NCBI GenBank assembly: GCA_943787745.1
Contig: CALSNJ010000005.1
Location: forward strand, 108,455 to 172,454
From: an uncultured Alphaproteobacteria bacterium
GTDB taxonomy: Bacteria; Pseudomonadota; Alphaproteobacteria; UBA6615
Length of the DNA stretch: 64,000 nucleotides
Direction: 5' to 3'
Shown: positions 48,828 to 57,604 of the stretch, in pieces
Layout of the letters: every line of letters starts with the position of its first letter
Position numbering within the stretch: position 1 is the first letter of the stretch
Notes under the pieces: model-generated
Seen by the model: the letters and a program-made list of their open reading frames with translations, nothing else
Told to the model about the DNA's origin: nothing
The model's database searches: none
Made by a program: the position numbers and the translations under genes

Positions 48828-48933
48828 TCAGCATCCTTCGAGACGGGCCTTCGGCTCTCCTCAGGATGAGGCCGAGAGTAAATCTCAAACCTCATCCTGA
48901 GGAGGCGCAGCGCGACGTCTCGAAGGATGCTGG
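48828..48933. repeat. ~100-bp nested palindromic element (family R2)
   Basis: TCAGCATCCTTCGAGACG...CTCCTCAGGATGAGG...CCTCATCCTGAGGAG...CGTCTCGAAGGATGCTG, 35 nt after the stop codon. Confidence 0.75.
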
Positions 48934-48964
48934 GATGGCAGCCAAACTCGCACCATCATACGCG

Positions 48965-49041
48965 GACTTGATCCGCGTATCTCGCTCCGGTGTGAGTTGA
49001 GATGCCCGGATCAAGTCCGGGCATGACGGAATTGTTTGGGG
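48965..49041. repeat. REP-like paired hairpin element (family R1)
   Basis: CATCATACGCGGACTTGATCCGCGTATCTC ... GAGATGCCCGGATCAAGTCCGGGCATGACGG. Confidence 0.7.
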
Positions 49042-49042
49042 G

Positions 49043-50314
49043 TCAGGCCGGCAGCGGTTTGCCCGCACCCTCACGCAGCATCAGTGTGAATACCAGCGAT
49101 ACGGCGGCGCAGGCCATCATGTACCAGACAAAGCTGAGGTCGTTATGGGTGCGGTTGAGCAGCCAGGCCGCGATCATCGGTGTGGTGCCGCCGAAGATCG
49201 CCATGCTGACATTGTAGCCGACGCTCATGGCGCTGACGCGCACGCGGCTGGGGAACATCTCCGACAGGTTGGCCGGTCCCGCGCCGAGCAGAAAAGCGAC
49301 CAGCACGGCAAACCCGATCTGTCCGGCGAGAATGCGCAGGAAAACCGGCTCGTGCATTAGCAGTATCAGCGGATAGCTGAGCAGCAGAAATCCGGCCGCG
49401 CCGATCGCCAGCACGGTCTTGCGTCCGACTTTGTCCGAGAGTGCGCCCACGAATGGAATTAGAACCAGCATCACCACGAGCGCGATGGTGTTGATGTCCA
49501 TCGCGTCGGATCGGGGCTCCTTCACCTGGTCGACAAGCCATGTCAGGACATAGACAAAAGCGATGTAGAACCCGACCGCGTTGATGATCGTGTAGCCGAT
49601 CATCTTGCCCATGGCGCGCCACTCGGTCCGGATCGCTTCGATGGCTGGAGACCCGGCACCTTCTTCGACGGGCTCAACCGGGGAATCGGGCAGATGGCGG
49701 CGGATCAGCAAGCCCACAACGCCCACAAGGATTCCCACGAGGAAGGGAATCCGCCATCCCCAGTCCATGAGCTGATCCTCGGTCAGCACGTTGGTCACAA
49801 GCGCCCCGACGCCCGAACCCAGAAGAATTCCGCCGACGGCACCGACCTGGGTCCAGCTCGAGAAGAACCCGCGTCGTGCGATGGGGGCCTGTTCGGCCAG
49901 AAACGTCACGGAGCCGGTGTATTCGCCGCCGACCGAGAGGCCCTGCAGCATCCGCAGTCCGACCAGCATGATCGCCGCCGCGATGCCGATGCTGGCATGG
50001 GTGGGCAGCAGGCCGATGATTCCGGTCGGGATGGCCATCAGCATCACAGACAGGACAAGCGCCTGCCGCCGACCGATCCGGTCGCCGATGTGACCGAAGA
50101 TGAATCCACCGATGGGGCGCATCAGAAAGCCAGCCGCAAACGCACCAAAAGACGCGATCAGGGAGACCGTCGGGTCACTTGATGGAAAAAAGAGTTGGCC
50201 GATGATCGGTGCGAAAAATCCGTAGACGCCGAAGTCGTACCATTCGAGCACATTGCCGCTGACGCCTGCGGCAATAACCTTGCGGCGCGTGCGCGCCGTT
50301 GCCACATCGCTCAT
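49043..50314 (-). CDS. MFS transporter, metabolite:H+ symporter (MHS/ProP-like) family
   Basis: VLEWYDFGVYGFFAPIIG and GDRIGRRQ motifs. Start at MSDVATART with GGGGAGGA RBS. Confidence 0.8.
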   Translation of the reverse strand: MSDVATARTRRKVIAAGVSGNVLEWYDFGVYGFFAPIIGQLFFPSSDPTVSLIASFGAFAAGFLMRPIGGFIFGHIGDRIGRRQALVLSVMLMAIPTGIIGLLPTHASIGIAAAIMLVGLRMLQGLSVGGEYTGSVTFLAEQAPIARRGFFSSWTQVGAVGGILLGSGVGALVTNVLTEDQLMDWGWRIPFLVGILVGVVGLLIRRHLPDSPVEPVEEGAGSPAIEAIRTEWRAMGKMIGYTIINAVGFYIAFVYVLTWLVDQVKEPRSDAMDINTIALVVMLVLIPFVGALSDKVGRKTVLAIGAAGFLLLSYPLILLMHEPVFLRILAGQIGFAVLVAFLLGAGPANLSEMFPSRVRVSAMSVGYNVSMAIFGGTTPMIAAWLLNRTHNDLSFVWYMMACAAVSLVFTLMLREGAGKPLPA

Positions 50315-50413
50315 CGACGTGTCCTCCCCGATTTGCCCCGGTTGAGTTAAGCGCAAGAGGACGCGTCGAGGCAAGGGGGAGGAAAACGGCGCGCTTCCGG
50401 AAAGCCCTCACCC

Positions 50414-50480
50414 TGAGCCTGACGAAGGGCGAGGGCGGCAACCTCATACTTCATACTTCGTCAGGCTCAGCATGAGGTTG
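50414..50480. repeat. Interleaved inverted repeats (A-B-A'-B' topology)
   Basis: CTGAGCCTGACGAAG (50414..50428) pairs with CTTCGTCAGGCTCAG (50456..50470). CAACCTCAT (50439..50447) pairs with ATGAGGTTG (50472..50480). Confidence 0.4.
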
Positions 50481-50500
50481 TTCCGGGAGGCGACGATACC

Positions 50501-50575
50501 CTAGTGGAACGTCTCGGTGGTGTAGCGCCACAAGAGGATGGACTCATCCATTGATCCTGCGTAGGCCGCGCTGAG
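50501..50575 (-). pseudogene. Remnant of an AMMECR1-domain gene 3' end (encodes ...ESILLWRYTTETFH*)
   Basis: Aligns in frame to 53166..53240 (DSSIRLWRYTTETFH* of the Memo-AMMECR1 gene) with ~85% nt identity in the core. It carries synonymous changes (ACC/ACG Thr) and a TAG versus TGA stop. Confidence 0.5.
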
Positions 50576-50750
50576 GGGGCGTTTCTTGTTGTCCTTTGAA
50601 GCGCGGCAACGGATCAATTTGCCTATTTTTTGTGCGGATTAACAATTCGTAAAACTATCTACTTTAGAACCTTCGATTGATGTCTTTGGAAAAAGGCATT
50701 GGGTGCCATGTCGCACCCAGTCTACAGGTAGTGAAAAAAGGAGCACCAGA

Positions 50751-51164
50751 ATGCGTGCAATTAAAATACTCGTCCCAATGTTCGTCCTCATGCTGGCGAT
50801 TATGCCCGCATAGGCGAAAGAAGAAGCCCCGATGACCGTCGAGGGCGCCACCACGATTTCCACCGGCGACGCCAAGGCCTTGTTCGACAAGGGCGCGATC
50901 TTCGTTGATGTCCGCGGCGGCGCGGATTTCGAGGCAGGTCGTATTCCCGGCGCAGTGCATCTCGATTTGAAGAGCACGCTGACCGAGGCAGCGCTGATGG
51001 AAGCCGCTGACAAGGGTCAGGACATCGTCATGTACTGCAATGGCCAAAAATGCGGGCTTTCGTCAGCCGCGAGCGTGAAGGCCGTCGCCTGGGGCTTTAC
51101 CGCCGTGAAGTATTTCCGCGATGGCTTCCCGGGCTGGCAGACGGCGGGCTACCCCGTCGAGTAG
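50751..51164 (+). pseudogene. Secreted rhodanese-like protein with an in-frame TAG inside the signal peptide region
   Basis: Strong RBS AAGGAG then ATG 50751 encoding the signal peptide MRAIKILVPMFVLMLAIMPA. TAG at 50811..50813. The frame then continues AKEEAP-MTVEG into the rhodanese ORF 50832..51164. Confidence 0.5.
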
Positions 51165-51212
51165 CCGCGGGAAACGTCCAAACAAGTAAACGCGAAGTGA
51201 GAGGAGCGGCCG

Positions 51213-53159
51213 ATGCTGCTGAGTAGAAAAATTGTTGTTGTGGCATCGGTCGCCCTCGTCACGTTAGGTGGTGCGTTTGCGATAAAGGAAGAGGTGAGCC
51301 GAAAATTTCTCGACACGCGGTTCGAATTGGCCACGATCGACGCAAAGCAAGCGCTCCTGCGCAATATCATTCGCGTCGAAGTCAATGGCCTGAAGACCGC
51401 TCTCAAATCCATCACGCGAAATCGAACGGCGATCAAAGCCTTGGCCGAACGCGACGGTGAGGCTCTCAATGATGAGCTTTTGGGTACATTCAATCGGCTC
51501 AGTACGGCGAAGGTCCTGAGCGAGATATTCATACTCACACCGGAGGGAACGGTACTGTTTCCCGACAGTGTTCCGGCAGACGTTCTTCACGGCAACCATC
51601 TGGTTCAACTTACGCTGGATGAGGGCAAGCCCGCGCAGGCTCTGATAGAGCGTGATGGCGCCCCTGTGATTGCGAATACGACCTTGCTCTATAAGGGCCG
51701 TGATTTTGTGGGGATCGCGCTGCTGACGAAATCGTTCGACCAGGTTGCGCTCGACTTCAAGAGCAGCGACGACAGTGAAGTGCTGGTCTTCGGAACGGCG
51801 GGTTCCCAACAGGTCTCCACATTTGGCGAAGAGGATGTCGATGCCGCCGCTGAGATCAGTGACAGCACGACCGACAAATTGTCGGAATCTGCGGCCTATT
51901 ATTTTAGCCAGACAAGCGACAACCGTTCGTTTTCCAACGTTGTCGTACCGTTGACCAATGGCGCTGGCGCATTGATCGGCCACCTTGTTGCGGCGAAGGA
52001 TGCGACGGCCTATTTGGCAGAAGCGCGCCGTTTTGACCAAATCGGATATGGCGCTGTCGTCACGCTGATCATTTTCTTCGTGGTCTCCCTGGGATTGTTC
52101 CTTCGGTACCTTTTCCGTCCGCTCGCACGCGTGACAATGGCGATCGAAACCCTTGCGGATGGCAGTCGTGATATTCAGGTCGATGGCACGGACCGCCGGG
52201 ACGAGATCGGCTCGATCTGGCGCGCCGTCGCCGTGTTTCGGGACAAGATGGCCGAAGCGGATCGGATACAGGAAGAGCAGCGTCTCGCCGAGGAACGGGC
52301 GACGGAGGAGCGCCGCGCCACGGTTCTGTCCTTCGCGGACAATTTCGAAAAGCGCATCCGAAAAGTGGTCGACAATGTTTCCACCGAGGCGGAGCATACC
52401 GGCGAAGCCTCTCGCGGTATGAATGAGATGATGCGCTCGACCGGCGGCACGACAGAGCGCGTGGCAAGTGCGGCGGTTCTCGCCTCCGGGAACGTCGAGA
52501 GCATAGCGTCGGCAACGGAGGAACTTACAGCCTCGATCGAAGAGATCAGCCGGCAAGCCAGCGAATCCCGCTCGGTCTCGGACGACGCGTCGGGCCAGGC
52601 TCACATGATCAACGAGCGTGTGGAGGGCCTCGCTGAAGCGGCAGAGAAGATTGGTGAGGTGGTGACGTTGATCCACGACATTGCGGCGCAGACCAACTTG
52701 CTCGCGCTCAACGCAACGATAGAGGCGTCACGCGCAGGTGAGGCAGGTAAGGGCTTCGCCGTTGTCGCGAGCGAGGTCAAAACCCTTGCCCAACAGACCG
52801 CGCTGGCCACCGAGGAAATATCAAAACAGGTCTCGGCGATTCAGGCCTCGTCAGGCGATGCGGTCTCGGGAATTGGGACCATCCGCGAAACCATCGATCA
52901 GGTTGCCCAGATTGCGGGTGCGATTTCGGAAGGAATCGAGCAGCAGCTTGCGGCAACCCAGGCGATCGCACGTAATGTGAGCGCGGCGGCTTCGGGCACA
53001 CAGGATGTTTCGATGCAGATCGGCGATGTTCGTCAGGCGGTCGAAACATCCGTGCAGACCGCCGAACAACATCTTGAATCCGCAGAACGGTTGCGGGAAA
53101 CGGGCAAGGAACTTCACGCGCAAGTTGAGCAGTTTCTGCATGAAGTCCGCGCCAGCTGA
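51213..53159 (+). CDS. Methyl-accepting chemotaxis protein with N-terminal sensing domain, TM + HAMP
   Basis: Hydrophobic segments near residues 8-30 and ~285-305. HAMP region. Signalling domain [34 protein letters not shown]. Confidence 0.85.
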   Translation: MLLSRKIVVVASVALVTLGGAFAIKEEVSRKFLDTRFELATIDAKQALLRNIIRVEVNGLKTALKSITRNRTAIKALAERDGEALNDELLGTFNRLSTAKVLSEIFILTPEGTVLFPDSVPADVLHGNHLVQLTLDEGKPAQALIERDGAPVIANTTLLYKGRDFVGIALLTKSFDQVALDFKSSDDSEVLVFGTAGSQQVSTFGEEDVDAAAEISDSTTDKLSESAAYYFSQTSDNRSFSNVVVPLTNGAGALIGHLVAAKDATAYLAEARRFDQIGYGAVVTLIIFFVVSLGLFLRYLFRPLARVTMAIETLADGSRDIQVDGTDRRDEIGSIWRAVAVFRDKMAEADRIQEEQRLAEERATEERRATVLSFADNFEKRIRKVVDNVSTEAEHTGEASRGMNEMMRSTGGTTERVASAAVLASGNVESIASATEELTASIEEISRQASESRSVSDDASGQAHMINERVEGLAEAAEKIGEVVTLIHDIAAQTNLLALNATIEASRAGEAGKGFAVVASEVKTLAQQTALATEEISKQVSAIQASSGDAVSGIGTIRETIDQVAQIAGAISEGIEQQLAATQAIARNVSAAASGTQDVSMQIGDVRQAVETSVQTAEQHLESAERLRETGKELHAQVEQFLHEVRAS

Positions 53160-53165
53160 TCTACC

Positions 53166-54554
53166 TCAGTGGAACGTCTCCGTCGTGTAGCGCCACAAGC
53201 GGATGGAGCTGTCCCAGTAATCTTGCGGAAGACCGGCCTTGGCTTTCAGGTGACGCAGAAACTGTTCGGCCTTGGGCACGGTTTCCCAGACCTGGGGCAG
53301 GAACAGACCGCGCCGGGATTGTCCGTCAGGGCCGTCGGCTTCCAGGATCACACCATCCACATCGGGTTGCAGTGCGTCGATGGCCTCGGCCTCGGATCCA
53401 AAGGCGATGGGGCGAGCATTGGAAAGTATCGAGACCGACAGGTCGAGGGAGCCGATCTCAGCCGCCGTAAGTTGCGGGAAGCGCGGGTCGCTGAATGCGG
53501 CCTTGTGGGCGTTGGTGGCCACGTCCTCGATCAGTGAACGATGAGGCAGGATGCTGCCGATGCAGCCGCGAAGCCTGCCGTTCTGGTTCAGGGTGACAAA
53601 GGTCGCCCGAAAGGTTTCGAGGGCCGGCGAAAACGTGCCGTGCTGGACCCGGGCCGGACGGCCGTTTTTTAGACCGTTGGCGATGGAACGTCGGGCACCG
53701 TCAATCAGCAATGCGCGGTCATCATCGGGCAAACGGGCCGATCCGGCATATTCGAGCGCCCAGGATCCGTAGCCGACCACCCGGTCGCGATTGTCGCGCC
53801 CGCCGGTGTCACCCGAGTTGCGCACATCCAATGTGGTGACCCGCAAATCCAGCGCGCGGGCACGGTTGAGCAGGCCTTTAACCGGGAAGCGCCCGCAGGC
53901 CTGCTCGTCCTCGATCTTCTCGAGACTGAGGGTTTCGACATGGCGTCGAAATGCCTGATCGCGCTGATTGGCACCGTCATAGTCGTGATAGTGGCTGAGA
54001 TCGGAGCTGATCACGACGAGGGTTTCGGGGCCGCCCCAAAGTGCTTTCAGAAGCGCGTCGGTTTCCTGGGGGCTCGGACCACCAACGAGCACCGACACCA
54101 GTGTGAAATCGCCCAGTACCCGTTGCAGGAAGGGCAGGTGTATCTCCAGGCTGTGCTCTTCTGCGTGGGGAATATCGGATTGTTCGACCCCGGGGACCGT
54201 CAGCGCGGTGGCGATCCCGTCGAGATCAAGCGGCACATCCCCGAGTGGTGTGCGGAAGGCGGTTGCCGCTGGAACGCAGAACTTGGGAACCGCGACCCGG
54301 TGCGGCGGGCCAAGCAGAACGACCCGTGTGATTTCTGAAGCCCGGCGCGCAATGGATTTGTAAGCGGACCCCGCAACAGGTCCGGAATAGATCAACCCGG
54401 CATGAGGTGCGATCAGTGCTTTTGGTGAGAGCCCGTCATCGCGCGCGCTGGCCAGGCACTGGTCGATCATTCCGGCAAGCGCGTGCGCATCCGCAGGATA
54501 GAATGTGCCTGCAATCGCCGGCGGTCTGATGGTCTGTGTGGACTGGCTTGTCAT
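53166..54554 (-). CDS. Fused Memo1-like / AMMECR1 protein (AmmeMemoRadiSam system proteins B+A in one polypeptide)
   Basis: N-terminal ~280 aa IRPPAIAGTFYPADA...LIAPHAGLIYSG...SDLSHYH (Memo). C-terminal ~190 aa ...FVTLNQNGRLRGCIGSILP...LWRYTTETFH (AMMECR1). Confidence 0.75.
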   Translation of the reverse strand: MTSQSTQTIRPPAIAGTFYPADAHALAGMIDQCLASARDDGLSPKALIAPHAGLIYSGPVAGSAYKSIARRASEITRVVLLGPPHRVAVPKFCVPAATAFRTPLGDVPLDLDGIATALTVPGVEQSDIPHAEEHSLEIHLPFLQRVLGDFTLVSVLVGGPSPQETDALLKALWGGPETLVVISSDLSHYHDYDGANQRDQAFRRHVETLSLEKIEDEQACGRFPVKGLLNRARALDLRVTTLDVRNSGDTGGRDNRDRVVGYGSWALEYAGSARLPDDDRALLIDGARRSIANGLKNGRPARVQHGTFSPALETFRATFVTLNQNGRLRGCIGSILPHRSLIEDVATNAHKAAFSDPRFPQLTAAEIGSLDLSVSILSNARPIAFGSEAEAIDALQPDVDGVILEADGPDGQSRRGLFLPQVWETVPKAEQFLRHLKAKAGLPQDYWDSSIRLWRYTTETFH

Positions 54555-54676
54555 GGAGATGACTTGTCTGAGACTCGGAATTGCATATATCGCCAACGGC
54601 GAGCATAAGACTATCGCGCGGATTGCGCCGCTGCCAAAGCCTCTTGCACGAGAAGCCTTAAAGAAAGGGTGCCACT

Positions 54677-55027
54677 ATGTTGACCGTTTATGGCCTGAAG
54701 AGTTGCGATACGACCCGCAAGTCCCTCAAGTGGCTTGAGCGGCGCGAGGCCGCCCATCGTTTTCTCGATGTCCGTGCTGACGGGGTCGACCACGATAAGC
54801 TGACTGAATGGGCCATGGAAGTGGGTTGGGAAGCTCTGCTCAATCGCGGCAGCACGACTTGGCGCGGGCTCGATGAAGTGATTCGTGAGAATGTGACCGA
54901 AGACATCGCGCTGCAGCTGATGGTCGACAATCCGACCCTGATCAAGCGCCCGGTGATCGAGACCGGTGCCGGGGTTCTGGTCGGTTTCAAGCCGGAACAG
55001 CAGCGCACACTGGAAGAGTTGCTCTAG
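54677..55027 (+). CDS. ArsC/Spx/YffB family reductase
   Basis: MLTVYGLKSCDTTRKSLKWLE (CxxTxRKA-like motif). 116 aa. Confidence 0.8.
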   Translation: MLTVYGLKSCDTTRKSLKWLERREAAHRFLDVRADGVDHDKLTEWAMEVGWEALLNRGSTTWRGLDEVIRENVTEDIALQLMVDNPTLIKRPVIETGAGVLVGFKPEQQRTLEELL

Positions 55028-55044
55028 CGGGGCTGGGCGTCCCG

Positions 55045-55148
55045 CCGCATCCTTCGAGACGGGCCTGCGGCCCTCCTCAGGATGAGGTTCTTGGTTTTGC
55101 TCCGTCCTCATCCTGAGGAGACCGCGAAGCGGTCGTCTCGAAGGATGC
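55045..55148. repeat. ~100-bp nested palindromic element (family R2)
   Basis: GCATCCTTCGAGACG...CTCCTCAGGATGAGG...CCTCATCCTGAGGAG...CGTCTCGAAGGATGC, 18 nt after the stop codon. Confidence 0.75.
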
Positions 55149-55520
55149 GAAAAACAGGAAACGCCGGATTTCCGGCGATAATTTCCTGATCACGTTTCGT
55201 TCGCCGCTAAATTCCCGAGTCGCTTTTGGCTGAACCACAAGATTTTGGGGTTTGTGGCACAAAAGGGGCACAAACATAAAAACCATAAGCGGCCGCGACT
55301 CGTAACAATCTGGCGAATCTGCACGATTCGGACTCTGGCGCGTTGACTCAAAAACGTCGAAGATTAGAATGTTCCCGTATTGTTCACGGTGACAGGCCTC
55401 CAACATTTAGTGTTTATTAAGCGTTACGTCTCCAGATGTTGTGGATTTTGCGCATTTTCCCTCCGGAAATTGCCCACAGGGTGTGGAGCATTTGGAATGT
55501 TGTTTGGAGGGGGCTTGGTA

Positions 55521-57524
55521 ATGGACGGTTCTGCTGGGATTTCAGCTGTAGATGGCGCTGTGGACAAATCGCGCAAAGATATTGAAACGGAAGATTTGGA
55601 CTTGTTTGAAACGGAAGAATTGGAACTGGAATCAGTCGATTCCGCCGAAATTGAAGCGACTCGGGATGTGGATAACGACCTCGTGGGCAAGGATGCCGAC
55701 ACGGGGAACATCTACCAGACCGACCGTGTGCGTATTCAGATTGACCCGTCCCGCGACGAGCTGCTGACCGCATTCGGTAAGGAAACCCTTGAGGATCGCT
55801 ACCTTCTCAACCACGAGAAGGGTTCCCCGCAGAAGTTGTTTGCGCGCGTTGCCAGTCATTACGCGGATGATTCCGAGCACGCACAGCGCATCTACGACTA
55901 CATCTCGAAGCTCTGGTTCATGCCGGCAACGCCGGTTCTGTCCAATGGCGGCACTGAGCGCGGCCTGCCGATCTCCTGCTTCCTGAACGAGGCTTCGGAT
56001 TCTCTCGAAGGTATCGTTGACCTTTGGAACGAGAATGTCTGGCTAGCTTCCCGCGGTGGCGGCATCGGCAGTTACTGGGGCAATTTGCGCTCCATCGGCG
56101 AGCAGGTCGGCCATAACGGCAAGACCTCTGGCGTCGTCCCGTTCATCCGCGTGATGGATTCCCTTACTCTGGCGATCAGTCAGGGTTCGCTGCGACGCGG
56201 GTCGGCGGCGGTTTATCTGCCGATTGATCATCCCGAAGTTGAGGAGTTCATCGAAATTCGCCGGCCGACAGGTGGTGATCCGAACCGCAAGGCGCAGAAC
56301 CTGCATCATGGCGTGTTGATCTCTGATGCGTTCATGCGTGCGGTGGAAGCCGATGAAGACTGGGCGCTTGTCAGCCCCAAGGATCGCGCGCCGATCGCCA
56401 CGGTAAAGGCACGTGCACTCTGGATTCGTCTGCTGACGGCCCGGATTGAGACCGGCGAGCCCTATATCGTCTACTCCGACACGGTGAACAGCAGTATTCC
56501 TGAGCACCAGAAGCTGGCGGGCCTGACGGTCAAGACCTCGAACCTGTGTTCCGAGATCACACTCCCGACCGGTCTGGACCATCTCGGCAATGACCGCACG
56601 GCGGTGTGCTGCCTGTCGTCACTGAATGTTGAGAACTTCCTCGAGTGGAAGGATCATCCGACCTTCATCGAAGACGTGATGCGCTTCCTCGACAATGTGC
56701 TTCAGGACTTCATCGACAACGCCGAAGATTCCTTCGCCAAGGCCAAATATTCGGCTGCGCGCGAGCGTTCGGTCGGGCTCGGCATTATGGGCTTCCATTC
56801 TTTCTTGCAGGATCAGCGGGTGCCGTTCGAATCTGCCATCGCGAAAGCCTGGAACAAGAAGATGTTCAAGCATATTCGCGAGCAGGCCGATGCTGCGTCC
56901 GTAATGCTGGCTGAAGAACGTGGTGCCTGTCTGGATGCCCAGGATTACGGGATCATGGAGCGGTTCTCGAACAAGATGGCGATCGCACCGACCGCGTCGA
57001 TTTCGATCATCTGCGGTGGTGCCTCACCGGGCATCGAGCCGATTGCAGCCAACAGCTTCACTCACAAGACGCTGTCGGGCTCGTTCAATGTCCGCTCGAA
57101 AGCCTTGAAGACTCTTCTGGCCGAAAAGGGTCAGGATACGGACGAAGTGTGGTCTTCGATTACCACCGGTGAAGGCTCAGTGCAGCATCTCGATTTCCTG
57201 ACCGATGATGAGAAGGATGTCTTCAAGACGGCCTTTGAGATCGATCAGCGCTGGGTCATTGATCTGGCCGCCGATCGCTCGCCCTTCATTTGTCAGTCAC
57301 AGTCCCTGAACGTGTTTCTGGCTGCCGACGTGCACAAGCGCGATTTGCACCAGATCCACTTCCAGGCCTGGAAGAAGGGTGTGAAGAGCCTCTACTATTG
57401 CCGCTCGAAATCACTGCAGCGCTCCGAAAGTGTTGGCGCGCTGGTGCCGGTGACGGGCGACGAAGAGGCGGATCGCGCCGCGGCAAGCCGCAACGATTAT
57501 GAGGAATGCCTCGCCTGTCAGTAG
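55521..57524 (+). CDS. nrdA: Ribonucleoside-diphosphate reductase alpha subunit (class I)
   Basis: GSPQKLFARVA...ATPVLSNGGTERGLPISCFLNEASDSLEGI core. C-terminal redox Cys pair ECLACQ. Start assigned to ATG 55521 (GGAGGGGG RBS); the 5' ORF extension from 55380 is rejected. Acidic low-complexity N-terminal ~90 aa with no obvious ATP-cone motif. Confidence 0.8.
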   Translation: MDGSAGISAVDGAVDKSRKDIETEDLDLFETEELELESVDSAEIEATRDVDNDLVGKDADTGNIYQTDRVRIQIDPSRDELLTAFGKETLEDRYLLNHEKGSPQKLFARVASHYADDSEHAQRIYDYISKLWFMPATPVLSNGGTERGLPISCFLNEASDSLEGIVDLWNENVWLASRGGGIGSYWGNLRSIGEQVGHNGKTSGVVPFIRVMDSLTLAISQGSLRRGSAAVYLPIDHPEVEEFIEIRRPTGGDPNRKAQNLHHGVLISDAFMRAVEADEDWALVSPKDRAPIATVKARALWIRLLTARIETGEPYIVYSDTVNSSIPEHQKLAGLTVKTSNLCSEITLPTGLDHLGNDRTAVCCLSSLNVENFLEWKDHPTFIEDVMRFLDNVLQDFIDNAEDSFAKAKYSAARERSVGLGIMGFHSFLQDQRVPFESAIAKAWNKKMFKHIREQADAASVMLAEERGACLDAQDYGIMERFSNKMAIAPTASISIICGGASPGIEPIAANSFTHKTLSGSFNVRSKALKTLLAEKGQDTDEVWSSITTGEGSVQHLDFLTDDEKDVFKTAFEIDQRWVIDLAADRSPFICQSQSLNVFLAADVHKRDLHQIHFQAWKKGVKSLYYCRSKSLQRSESVGALVPVTGDEEADRAAASRNDYEECLACQ

Positions 57525-57550
57525 GCAGACGACACAATTTCGACGTGTAA

Positions 57551-57577
57551 CGCCCCGGGCCTGAAGGCACCGGGGCG
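57551..57577 (+). other. Intercistronic GC hairpin between nrdA and nrdB
   Basis: CGCCCCGG-GCCTGAAGGCA-CCGGGGCG. Confidence 0.4.
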
Positions 57578-57604
57578 GCGCGTCCCGGGAAGAGGAAAGT
57601 ATCA

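Noticed and set aside
55149-55520. NrdR box or riboswitch upstream of nrdA
   Set aside because: No 16-bp ACAC...GTGT palindrome pair and no B12-box or other riboswitch core could be matched by eye. Only generic inverted repeats are present, so none is claimed.
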